64,000 nucleotides of DNA from Eledone cirrhosa. Lineage: Eukaryota. Position numbers and translations under genes: made by a program. The notes below the pieces were generated by a model. The model had not been told where the DNA came from and did not search any database. It saw only the letters and a program-made list of their open reading frames with translations. The first letter of the stretch is position 1. Each line of letters begins with the position of its first letter. The stretch covers positions 347,448,001 to 347,512,000 of the forward strand of contig OZ024741.1 in assembly GCA_964016885.1 (NCBI GenBank), read 5' to 3'. Shown one piece after another: positions 24,398 through 36,924 of the stretch.

Positions 24398-27355
24398 GAT
24401 GTGTGTAGATGTGTGTGTGTGTGTGAGGTGAGTCTATGTAAGCGTAGCGAAAGTGCTATAGCGAATATACATTGATGTTATTGATGGGTTAGTCCTAGCT
24501 TACGTGACTAGTCATGAAAAGGTTTAAGTTTTCTACTATATAAGTAGATAAATAGATATGATGATGTGAGCCGCCAACCTATTAGCTTTCCAAGAGCAAC
24601 ATATTCAACGTATTGTGGGATTACTTCATTGATTTAGGCAATGTATAAGGCAAGTCTGTAATAATTGCAGATGAATACTGGACTTGACAGTTACTAGTTC
24701 AATTGCGCCAGATCTAGTAGAACATATGACTGAGAGATGAATATTCTACAATGAGCTGCTTCTGTGTATTGGTTATATAGGCCATTTGGTCACATTTTTC
24801 TGGGGGATTTCAGTGTCACTCCGGTGTAAATCCATATAGTACGGGACAAACCTAGAGGTAAATATGGTGTTCTAATGCCAATATACGTTTATCCCTTTGT
24901 ACTTCATAACACCTTGTCATCAGCTCTTCGCAGTTTCAAAAGAAAAACTTTATATCAACCAGGTAATTGGGAATATCACATATATGATAATATATACAAT
25001 CTCTTTCAGGACAGGAAACCCATACAGTTGTTTCACAATTTTCGTACTTAATAACATTTCTTAACCAAGTCAATTAGTACTTGAAACACATTAAAATACT
25101 AAATCACGCTTCAACAAAGGTCATAGTCGAAGTAAAATTCCAAATGCAATGGACACGTTTTTAAAGATCCTGAAAACAATTTTGAATTTGATTAAAATTA
25201 AATGCTGCAATATGGCAATAGGTGCATTGATTATTACCACATAATGATAATGCTTCAACTATGCACCTAAGAATTGGGAAAACGTAAATTTAACATGAAT
25301 TTGATAAACATAACCATTTATTATCATTATATCACAGAATTCATTTCACTGAAATCAGAACATCCACTTAAATGAAACAATCATCATTTTAAATAGGATA
25401 ACAAGGCTGAATCTTCGAAGAATATAGGAGAATCATTGACATGACCACGCTGTTGATATGAAATATTTCAAGACTAATAATATGAAATTTTACTTTGAAT
25501 ATCTAGAGAAATTCATACCACAAAACCAGTGTATGCTTGGAGCGCTTGAAAAATCGTTCGGATATATTTAAGATAAAATAATGTGACTGTACTTTTTCCC
25601 TAAACGAATGTAATAAAAATAACCAAAAGGTATTTCATCGGTGGAGAATATTTACTGAACTCGTTAGTGAGACTTGCTCTGCTCGAAGACGTATTTTACG
25701 TCAATATGGTAACGTATGATACTCATCAAATTATGTTATACCACATTACATTTGAAATGGACTCTTACAAAAATAATCCACATTAATGTATGTAAAATGT
25801 ATTTCCATGAGATATATATTTTAAAGGTAATAGATTTGTTTCGGCTTCATTGCTTTTGGCCCATTCACACAACTTTTGTCTGTATATCATATCATGCTTC
25901 CTTTCCCCATCTGTCTCAATGGTAGCTTCTTGGAAAATGGTTTTATATGAACATTTATAATACATTATGTAGAATGGGTTCATATAATAGCCTCACTCAT
26001 TTATTTGGAAAGATACCATTTGCAGTATTTTCCCCATCAAATTTGAATAAGTATGTCAACAATTTCTCTATCCATTACATTTTTTTAATTTTTCAATTAT
26101 GCTCACTTGTGAGTTTCTCTTATATCATCATCTCATAGTAGTTGGAATATGTTCTTGTTTCCTTTCATGATGATATAAATTATGTTATATATTTGCAGTA
26201 AATAGCATCTAACATCGTACGTTATTAAATATAATATAATATATTTGCAGTAAATACCATCTAATATTCTACGTTATTAAATATAATATTAATAATTCAT
26301 TATTATTTAAAAAACACTGCAGACCGTTTTCAAGATATGGAGTTTTCATTCTTTATATTGTGCGTGACAAGTGCTGAATTACACCGTACTCTGAATCATG
26401 ACAAAATATATACTAAATTAAAAGAGTCATTAATCTCAAAGAAATAAGCACATCACGAAATTTAACAAAAAATTGAATGGAAAAAATGTATCAATCACGG
26501 ACTATAATAACATATACGAATAACTATTACGTTATATAAAAGCTCAAACAGGTAGATACATCGCTCATTCTCTCTATTGATTTGTTAACATGTATATATA
26601 TATATATGATTGTGTGTATGTGGGTGTATGTGTGTCCGTGTGTGTGTGTGTGTGTATGTGTGCTTGTGTTTGTGTGTGTGTTTGTGTGTATATATGTGTG
26701 TGCACATGAATATACAGAGTTTAGAATATTGAACTCAAAATGGTAAGGTTGCACTTTCCTTCACCTGGCCCACCTGGTACATTTTACATTTGAGCAAGCT
26801 ATTTTATTTCACGTTGTCCTAGTTGAATGAATTGCATCGTTGTTTGCCTTTCAGTTGGAAGACAACAGAGGCCTGGAGAGGGGACACTTTTATGCACGTG
26901 TGGCAGGCTGGTCTTCCACAAAACAACCTACCAACACTGGTGCCTCGGATATATATATATATATATATACGGTTAGTAAATACCACTATGGAAACAAATG
27001 ACCGTGAGGCTTTCACATAGGTTTCCACCAAGTCTCCTTCATAACAAGGAAGATGAAAAAAACTTACCTCTTAATTTTAAATCTTTAATTTTTAGTTTTT
27101 AATTATATTTAATTATTTATAATTGCAATACTTAACATTTGATGAGAGGAAATTCACTAATACATCGAAACCGGTAATACTTTATATACTTTATATACAT
27201 TAAAACACTATTTCTTAAAATGATTATCGCTCTCACATTTTCAATAATGCCATTTTCACGAATCAAAGAAAGGGCAAAAAAGAAAAACAGGCTTATAATA
27301 AATTTTCCGTGCTTTTTCCCACTTCACTCTCCCGCCCTCTATCTCTCTCTCTCTC

Positions 27356-27407
<52 letters not shown>

Positions 27408-27409
<2 letters not shown>

Positions 27410-27582
27410 TTATTCCGGGTTGAATCGGAGGTAACCACAGTAAGTAAGGTACTCAATACATAGCAGAGTATAAGATGTTTTAATATAGAAGAGCTTCTAC
27501 ATGACTAGAACTGCTTCATTCGTGAGAAATAGCTCCCTGATGATTTCTCACGAATGAAACAGTTCTAGTTCTGTAGAAGCTC

Positions 27583-27590
<8 letters not shown>
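27408..27590. mobile_element. Fold-back mini-insertion with HHR (+ 27531-27581)
   Basis: AGCTCC-CTGATGA-TTTCTCACGAAT-GAAA-CAG..CTG-TA-GAAGCT plus an inverted arm, in (TA)n. Confidence 0.72.
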
Positions 27591-27616
<26 letters not shown>

Positions 27617-27619
<3 letters not shown>

Positions 27620-27930
27620 GAAATAATAATGACTTGAAAGCGACTAACCGGGCTAGAAGCGGCTAAATGATCGGTCGCCTTCTTGTCTCTGCTTTTCATC
27701 CCCATGGATTTTGTCTATTATACTCCTTTGTTAAATTTCGAATACCTACGATGTCACCGGATTCATACTGAACCAAGTCACTGAAATGATCATAGTATAA
27801 TAAACCTTTTAAGGAATTATACCTGTCCAGCCTCCTGTTATTTTATAATATTTAACTCCGTACTCGCACCACCAACACAAACGAAGACGTGTGAGTTGCA
27901 TTACGTCGAGTGCTCTCTCTAATATTACAT
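27617..27930 (+). mobile_element. Possible solo LTR
   Basis: Unique ~310-bp block in (TA)n with AATAAA, ending ..ATATTACA and followed by a PBS-like TCGGGGATGACC. Weak. Confidence 0.25.
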
Positions 27931-28154
27931 CGGGGATGACCATACGGAATGACCAGTTCTATTCAGTGGTGAACCAACAAACCTATATATATATATTATT
28001 AGAAATGTTTAGCTATCGCCGTATTTTGAATAAAGAAATTAAAAAAATTATTTAGCCTGATAGTGGGGTTAAGAACCCTCGGAGAAATGGAAAAAGATGA
28101 GTATTGATGTACATGTACGTCAATACTCATTTTTTTCCATCATCAGGAATCTCT

Positions 28155-28207
28155 GAGATTCCTGATGATTTCTAAAGAATGAAACAGTTCTAGTCCTGTA
28201 GAATCTC
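28155..28207 (+). ncRNA. Type I hammerhead ribozyme (GAAACAG family, best copy)
   Basis: GAGATTC-CTGATGA-T TTC TAAA GAA T-GAAA-CAG TTCTAGTC CTG-TA-GAATCTC: perfect 7-bp stem I, 4-bp stem III, GUA triplet. Confidence 0.85.
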
Positions 28208-28289
28208 ATCTATATTAAAACTTTTATACTCTGCAATGTATTGAGTACCTTAGTTAGTGTGGTTACCTCCGATTCAACCCGGAATAACG

Positions 28290-28344
<55 letters not shown>

Positions 28345-29398
28345 GAAGTAATTCCGTCGGAAAAGTCCAGGAAAAAGGGGTGCTCTATGTAAGTAACAGA
28401 GCTTAATAGTTATGTAATAAACAACATAAGGCAGTTATTCCATTTACCAGTGGTTTCTTAAAAGCAAAAGATTTTGCTTTCAATCCTAAGAATGAAAAAA
28501 TCCTGGTCTGTTTATTAAATTTGGATTTTAAAAAACAAAAATGGAATCTATATGAAAGTGAGGCTGGAGAAAGAAGGAAAGGAAAAATAAAATAAAACCA
28601 CAGATGCAAACACACACAAACACGCACAAAAAAGCATACATACACACACACATTTATATATATATATATACATACACTCATACATACACACACATATATA
28701 TACACATATATATGTGTATATAAATATACACATACACATACATATACGCATACATACATACGCACATAAATATCAACACATCCATACATACACATACATA
28801 TATACAACCACAGACACATATATACACACATACATAGTACTATGACATAACTTATGTATTTGCTAGCATTAGTGTACATCTGTACGCATATGTTGGTAAA
28901 TATACTAATTCTCTTTCTCTCTCTATATATATATATATATGTACATGCATACACATACACAAACATAGCCATACACACAGACATATACATACATACATAA
29001 ATGCACACAATCATACCTATATACACACGTACATACATACACATACATAAATGCGTACATATACATGTACAAAATTAGAAAAATATACACTCCCCTCTAC
29101 ATATTCACACACGCAAATAAATATAAGAAAAAATATATGTAAAAAAATAAAATTATAATAAAGATTATGATAGAGTTGACAGCGATACAAACGGCGGGTA
29201 GTTGAACAGATACACGTGGTAAGTAATACACACAAATGCACGTATACATACGTACGAAATAGTAAATACATACACACATTCTCACACATACATATACATA
29301 TACCAATACATAAACACATACATACACATACACAAATACATGCACAAACACGCACACACACGTATACAATTATACACACACATATACACATACATATA

Positions 29399-29454
<56 letters not shown>

Positions 29455-29584
29455 TAAAAATACACACACACACACATACACACACATATGTATATGTATA
29501 CATACACACACACATACACACATAGCTATACAATTATACACATACAAATACGTACATATCATAAACACGCACAACCAAATACAA

Positions 29585-29635
<51 letters not shown>

Positions 29636-29816
29636 TACGCACATACATGTGTGTGTAAACTCAGTCTTTGATAATTCATATGAACCATACATATACATAT
29701 ATATAGTAGTAAAGTAATAAGCAACATAAGGTAATTATTCCATTTACCATTGGTTCGTTAAAAGCAAAAACATTTTGCCTTCAATTCTCAGAATGAAAAA
29801 AAACATGTTCTATCTA

Positions 29817-29914
<98 letters not shown>

Positions 29915-30775
29915 AATATACATACACTTACACATAGGTATGTGAAGGGCAAGGCTAAAAGAATATATGGGGGGGGGGGGGCATAGGAAAAGGTGAAATA
30001 TAATGGGAGGTAAGGGTGAAAAAAAAATATACAAGAGTACAGAACGTAGATTCAGCAAAATAAAAAAACCGTAGCAGAAGTAAAGAGCAAGAAAGGAGTT
30101 CAAGGCGGTTGATTTATCATAGGAGTGTCAATCCAGTTACAGATCAGATGCGATTTCAGATGAGGACAGCATCTGAAGATCTCAGTCTTTGAGTTAAGGC
30201 AAGCGGAAGTGGCTCTCAAGTTTAGCAAAATCCTATATTTTTCTGTGGTACACAAAGAACAATTCTTTGTGACCCTTTGGTACTCCCTCGAATGGTCTAA
30301 TATAGACCAATCGATAGAGTACGGGATGTTACTATCCTTGAATTCCCCTACCTTACTTGCGAGGGCCGTTGATGTTCGTTTATCGGAGTGCTTAAAAGAA
30401 GCGACATGTGAGTAAAATCTGGTTTTAAACCTGTCCTGGGTCATACAGACATATCGCTCACTCCTGGCTGGCTGGTTGTTGATTACCGGTGTTATTTTAA
30501 CCTCATAAACAACAGATTTGTTGTTACATTTACCTTGCAATGGGCATTCATCCGGCTTCCTGCAACTGCATCCTGGATTTGTTCTCGTATGGTTTGAACT
30601 GGTGATTTTGGACTTCATAGATGGGCAACAAGAGTAGCAGATCTTAACTACGTTCCCATTAAATATCTTATAATATCTATGATTAGGAGGAAATGTTTGT
30701 CTAAGAGTTCAAGGAATTTCCTTCCTATATTAGTTTTGACAGTTAGATAGAAGGGGGTGTGAACCAAATAATATT
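28345..30775 (-). mobile_element. Inverted 5' arm of the large PLE (GIY-YIG remnant 30100-30618 plus microsatellite-rich pLTR)
   Basis: Reverse complement of 33520-34300 and 38115-39455. GCSCRKPDECPLQGKCNNKSVVYE..FKTRFYSH..CSLCTTEK. Confidence 0.88.
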
Positions 30776-31378
30776 AAAGGGGCACAAAGAATTGTTCTTT
30801 GTGTAACACAGAAAAAATATAGGATTTAATAAACTTGAGAGCCACTACCGCTTGCCTTAACTCAAAGACTGAGATCTTCAAATGCTGTCCTCATCTGATC
30901 TGTAACTGGATTGACACTCCTATGATAAATCAACCGCCTTGAACTCGATTCCTGTTCTTTACTTCGGCTACGGTTTTTTTTATTTCGCTGAATCTACGTT
31001 CTGTACTATTGCATATCTTTTTTTCTCCCTTATCTCCCCTTATATTCCACCCTTTCCTATGTCTTCCCCACCCCCATATGTTATTTTTGCTTGCCCTTCA
31101 CATACCTAAGTGTAAGTGTATGTATATTTTTGTGTATATATGTATATATATATATATATATGTGTGTGTATATATATGTATATGTAGATAGACGATGTTT
31201 TTTTCATTCTGAGGATTGAAGGCAACATTTTTTTGCTTTTAAGAACCACTGGTGAATGGAATAATTGCCTTATGTTGCTTATTATTTTACTACTATATAT
31301 ATGTATATGTAAGGTTCATATGAATTATCTAAGACTGAGTTTTACACACACACACATGTATGTGCGTATATATGTATA

Positions 31379-31455
<77 letters not shown>

Positions 31456-31575
31456 TTGTATTTGGTTGTGCTTGTTTATGATATGTACGTATTTGTATGT
31501 GTACAATTGTATAGCTATGTATGTATGAGTGTGTGTATGCATACATATATATGTGTGTGTGCATTTGCGTGTGTG

Positions 31576-31644
<69 letters not shown>

Positions 31645-32074
31645 ATATATGTGTGTATAATTGTATACGTGTGTGCGTGTTTGTGCATGTATTTGTGTAT
31701 GTGTATGTATGTCTTTATGTAGTGGTATATGTATATTTATGTGTGAGAGTGTGTGTATGTATTTACTATTTCGTACGTATGTATACGTGCATTTGTGTGT
31801 ATTACTTACCACGGGTATCTGTTCATCTACCCGCCGTTTGTATCGCTGTCAACTCTATCATAATCGTTATTATTATTTTATTTTTTATATGTATTTTTTC
31901 TTATATTTATTTGCGTGTGTGAATATGTAGAGGAGTGTATATTTTTCTAATTTTATACATGTATATGTACGCATTTATGTATGTGTATGTATGTACGTGT
32001 GTATATATAATGCCACTTTCCAGCCCGATTAGTTGAGCACTCTACAGTTTTCAGGAATTTAACCAACATACACC

Positions 32075-34078
32075 ATGGACCTTTATGAATTGGATTATTC
32101 AATCAAAAATATACCTGCTCCTTCCAACACAACTTATTCCAAAATACTTATAGATAAAATCGAACAAGTCGTTAAAAGAATGAGATGAAAGGCAATGGTT
32201 TACGATGGACTATTCAGTGCTGATACTAAAGATTGTTTTGACATCAAATCCCGTAAATATCCACCTAGAATTAAAGACATGGCCAACTTCGAATTAGACC
32301 TTGTTAATCTAATTAGTGATATCAAATTTCGTAAGTACAATAATAACTTTCAAACTAAACTATCTAACGATATTTCTAATTTTAGAAATTCTACAAACAC
32401 TTTTGTTCTTTCTGATAAAACTAAACATCTCTTTGAAGTTAATATTACTTTGTATAACCAACTTTTAGCTAATAGTATTACCAATAAATATCAATTAACT
32501 AATATTAATACCTACAATACTACATATAAAGAAGCTAAAGAACTAGCTAGTTCTTTAAAAATAGACAACCGAATTGAAAGCCTAGCTAAGCGTAAAGACC
32601 ATAAATTGGACTTTACTAATCGACCTAGTTGTAGACTGATTAACCCGGCTAAATCCGAGGTTGGCCTTGCAAGTAAAAAAATATTAAGAAAAATAATTCT
32701 CCAAATTAGAACTAACACTGACCTATCACAGTGGCTAAATACTTCCTCTGTTATTTCTTGGTTTAATAATATACAAGGTAAAAATAAGTGTAGATTTAAC
32801 CAATTTGATATTGTCGATTTTTACCCCGCTATTACTGTTTCCTTATTAACTAACGCCTTAGATTTTGTAAGACCCTTCATTAATATTTCTAAATAAGAAG
32901 AAGACATTATCTTTCATGCTAGAAAAACTTTACTCTTTACTAATGATAATATTTGGGTTAAACATTCAAACCCTGAAAACTCTTTTGATGTTGCAATGGG
33001 TTCATATGACAGTGCGGATGTGTGTGACTTAGTAGGATTATTCCTTCTCCACACCCTCAAAGAGAAATTTCCTCCCATAATATCGGTTTATACCGTGACG
33101 ACGGATTGGCAGTTTCTCATACCACCAACGGCCATAACCTTGATAAATTCCGTAAAGATTTAATCAATACTTTTGCTAATCTTAACCTTAAAATCACTAT
33201 AGATACGAACCTTACTAATGCTAACTTTCTTGAAATTAATCTTGATCTACTTACCGCCTCTTTTAAACCCTATCATAAACCTAATGAAAATCTTAGGTAT
33301 ATACACAAAGAGTCTTGCCATCCCCGTATAGTTTTTAATAATCTTATTCCTAACAGTAGCCGTAGGATGTCTACCTTATCTTCGTCTATAGACATTTTTA
33401 ATAAAGCCGCCCCTTATTATAATAAAGCCCTTAAGAACAGCGGTTTTACAGAAACAATTCTTATTTACCTACTCCCCCCCCCCCCCCTAAAACTAACCAC
33501 AATAACAGGAAAAGGAAGATTATTTGGTTCACACACCCCTTCTTTCTAACTGTCAAAACTAATGTAGGAAGGAAATTCCTTGAACTCTTAGACAAACATT
33601 TTCCTCCTAATCATAGATATTATAAGATATTTAATAGGAACGTAGTTAAGATCAGCTACACTTGTTGCCCATCTATGAAGTCCCAAATCAACAGTTCAAA
33701 CCATACGACAGCAAATCCAGAATGCAGTTGCAGGAAGCCAGATGAATGCCCATTGCAAGGAAAAGGTAACACCAAATCTGTTGTTTATGAGGCAAAATAA
33801 CACCAGTAATCAACAACCAGCCAGCCAGGAGTGAGCGATATGTCTGTATGACCCTGGACACGTTTAAAACCAGATTTTACTCACATGTCACTTCTTTTAA
33901 GCACTCCGATAAAAGAACATCAACGGCCCTCGCAAGTAAGGTGTGGGAATTCAAGGATAGTAACATCCCGTACTCTATCGATTGGTCTATATTAGACCAT
34001 TCGAGGGACTACCAAAGGGGCACACATAATTGTTCTTTGTGTACCACAGAAAAATATAGGATTTTGACACTCCTATGA
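32075..34078 (+). pseudogene. PLE reverse transcriptase plus GIY-YIG endonuclease ORF (disrupted)
   Basis: YSIKNIP..KRMR*KA, KDHK..CRLINPAKSEVG, QFDIVDFYPAI, FDVAMGSYD..VCDLVGL, GLYRDDGL (33085-33108), YHKP..YIHKESCHP, FKTRFYSH, CSLCTTEK. Several stops and frameshifts. Confidence 0.92.
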
Positions 34079-34300
34079 TAAATCAACCGCCTTGAACTCC
34101 TTCTCTACTTTTTACTTCTGCTACGGTTTTTTTTATTTTGCTGAATCAACGTTCTGTACTCTTGTATATATATTTTTTCTCTCTTATCAACCCTTATATT
34201 TCACCTTTTCCTATGCCCCCCCCCCCATATTTTCTTTTTGCCTTGCGCTTCACATACCTATGTGTATGTGTATGTATATTTATGTGTATATATATATATA

Positions 34301-34363
34301 CGACGTTAGCGCCGCTAAACTGATACGTGCATATATGTATGTGTACCTGTATGCATATGTATA

Positions 34364-34398
<35 letters not shown>

Positions 34399-34839
34399 GT
34401 GCATGCTACTGTACGTCTGTATACATATATGTATGTACGTATACATGCATACTTACATTTAAGTAAGTGCCATACTAAGAGTGAGAAATGAAATTTCGTT
34501 TTCATTTTGTTTTAATTTATCGTTTTCGGTATGCCTAACCGATTTAACTCACTCAATATGCAAATTAGGCTGCTCAGCCGTTAATTTTCATAAGGAAAGT
34601 ATATACTTTCGAACGTTCAACTATCTGGCAGATGGGTAAACGGTGCTGATGATAGCTAACAAGCTTGAAACTAGTACATCGTTCCTGTGTCAGTGTTGAA
34701 CAAAAAGGTGACGTGGTTGCCTTAACACCGTATGGCATAAATTCAGGCTGTTCAGTTTGTTTACAAACGAACAAAGCGACGTTAGCGCCGCTAAACTGAT
34801 ACGTGCATATATGTATGTGTACCTGTATGCATATGTATA

Positions 34840-34874
<35 letters not shown>

Positions 34875-35315
34875 GTGCATGCTACTGTACGTCTGTATAC
34901 ATATATGTATGTACGTATACATGCATACTTACATTTAAGTAAGTGCCATACTAAGAGTGAGAAATGAAATTTCGTTTTCATTTTGTTTTAATTTATCGTT
35001 TTCGGTATGCCTAACCGATTTAACTCACTCAATATGCAAATTAGGCTGCTCAGCCGTTAATTTTCATAAGGAAAGTATATACTTTCGAACGTTCAACTAT
35101 CTGGCAGATGGGTAAACGGTGCTGATGATAGCTAACAAGCTTGAAACTAGTACATCGTTCCTGTGTCAGTGTTGAACAAAAAGGTGACGTGGTTGCCTTA
35201 ACACCGTATGGCATAAATTCAGGCTGTTCAGTTTGTTTACAAACGAACAAAGCGACGTTAGCGCCGCTAAACTGATACGTGCATATATGTATGTGTACCT
35301 GTATGCATATGTATA

Positions 35316-35350
<35 letters not shown>

Positions 35351-35791
35351 GTGCATGCTACTGTACGTCTGTATACATATATGTATGTACGTATACATGC
35401 ATACTTACATTTAAGTAAGTGCCATACTAAGAGTGAGAAATGAAATTTCGTTTTCATTTTGTTTTAATTTATCGTTTTCGGTATGCCTAACCGATTTAAC
35501 TCACTCAATATGCAAATTAGGCTGCTCAGCCGTTAATTTTCATAAGGAAAGTATATACTTTCGAACGTTCAACTATCTGGCAGATGGGTAAACGGTGCTG
35601 ATGATAGCTAACAAGCTTGAAACTAGTACATCGTTCCTGTGTCAGTGTTGAACAAAAAGGTGACGTGGTTGCCTTAACACCGTATGGCATAAATTCAGGC
35701 TGTTCAGTTTGTTTACAAACGAACAAAGCGACGTTAGCGCCGCTAAACTGATACGTGCATATATGTATGTGTACCTGTATGCATATGTATA

Positions 35792-35826
<35 letters not shown>

Positions 35827-36267
35827 GTGCATGCTACTGTACGTCTGTATACATATATGTATGTACGTATACATGCATACTTACATTTAAGTAAGTGCCA
35901 TACTAAGAGTGAGAAATGAAATTTCGTTTTCATTTTGTTTTAATTTATCGTTTTCGGTATGCCTAACCGATTTAACTCACTCAATATGCAAATTAGGCTG
36001 CTCAGCCGTTAATTTTCATAAGGAAAGTATATACTTTCGAACGTTCAACTATCTGGCAGATGGGTAAACGGTGCTGATGATAGCTAACAAGCTTGAAACT
36101 AGTACATCGTTCCTGTGTCAGTGTTGAACAAAAAGGTGACGTGGTTGCCTTAACACCGTATGGCATAAATTCAGGCTGTTCAGTTTGTTTACAAACGAAC
36201 AAAGCGACGTTAGCGCCGCTAAACTGATACGTGCATATATGTATGTGTACCTGTATGCATATGTATA

Positions 36268-36302
<35 letters not shown>

Positions 36303-36743
36303 GTGCATGCTACTGTACGTCTGTATACATATATGTATGTACGTATACATGCATACTTACATTTAAGTAAGTGCCATACTAAGAGTGAGAAATGAAATTT
36401 CGTTTTCATTTTGTTTTAATTTATCGTTTTCGGTATGCCTAACCGATTTAACTCACTCAATATGCAAATTAGGCTGCTCAGCCGTTAATTTTCATAAGGA
36501 AAGTATATACTTTCGAACGTTCAACTATCTGGCAGATGGGTAAACGGTGCTGATGATAGCTAACAAGCTTGAAACTAGTACATCGTTCCTGTGTCAGTGT
36601 TGAACAAAAAGGTGACGTGGTTGCCTTAACACCGTATGGCATAAATTCAGGCTGTTCAGTTTGTTTACAAACGAACAAAGCGACGTTAGCGCCGCTAAAC
36701 TGATACGTGCATATATGTATGTGTACCTGTATGCATATGTATA

Positions 36744-36778
<35 letters not shown>

Positions 36779-36900
36779 GTGCATGCTACTGTACGTCTGT
36801 ATACATATATGTATGTACGTATACATGCATACTTACATTTAAGTAAGTGCCATACTAAGAGTGAGAAATGAAATTTCGTTTTCATTTTGTTTTAATTTAT
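34301..36900 (+). mobile_element. Retrozyme-like tandem array 1: 476-bp unit x ~5.5
   Basis: Apparently identical units at an exact 476 period, one HHR per full unit, (TA)n on both sides. Confidence 0.9.
34615..34701 (+). ncRNA. Type I hammerhead ribozyme of the repeat unit (cores at 34639-34683, 35115-35159, 35591-35635, 36067-36111, 36543-36587)
   Basis: AACGGTG-CTGATGA-T AGCT AACA AGCT T-GAAA-CTAG-TA|CATCGTT, predicted cleavage after 34676. Stem I extends through TGGG/CCTG, CTGGCA/TGTCAG and GTTCAAC/GTTGAAC. Stem III is the palindrome ACTAGT. Confidence 0.88.
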
Positions 36901-36924
36901 ATATATATATATATATATATATAG

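Noticed and set aside
26187-26290. ~52-bp tandem duplication (also a ~31-bp one at 41000-41057)
   Set aside because: Ordinary local slippage duplications with no further structure.
27134-27180. TTGATGA..GAAACCGGTA HHR relic (similar relic at ~22435-22475, minus)
   Set aside because: Core mutated and stems I/II pair poorly; too decayed to call.
32186-32188. In-frame TGA in the PLE ORF as possible selenocysteine or readthrough
   Set aside because: It falls at the Trp of the KRMRWKA motif (TGG to TGA), and the ORF has other stops and frameshifts.
34574-34981. 135-aa ORF repeated in every unit of array 1 (and related short ORFs in array 2)
   Set aside because: It runs through the TA tract, is frameshifted in array 2 units, has no domain motif and is antisense to the ribozyme.
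34301-36900. CRISPR-like regular repeat
   Set aside because: Whole units are identical with no variable spacers, there are no cas genes, and the context is eukaryotic.
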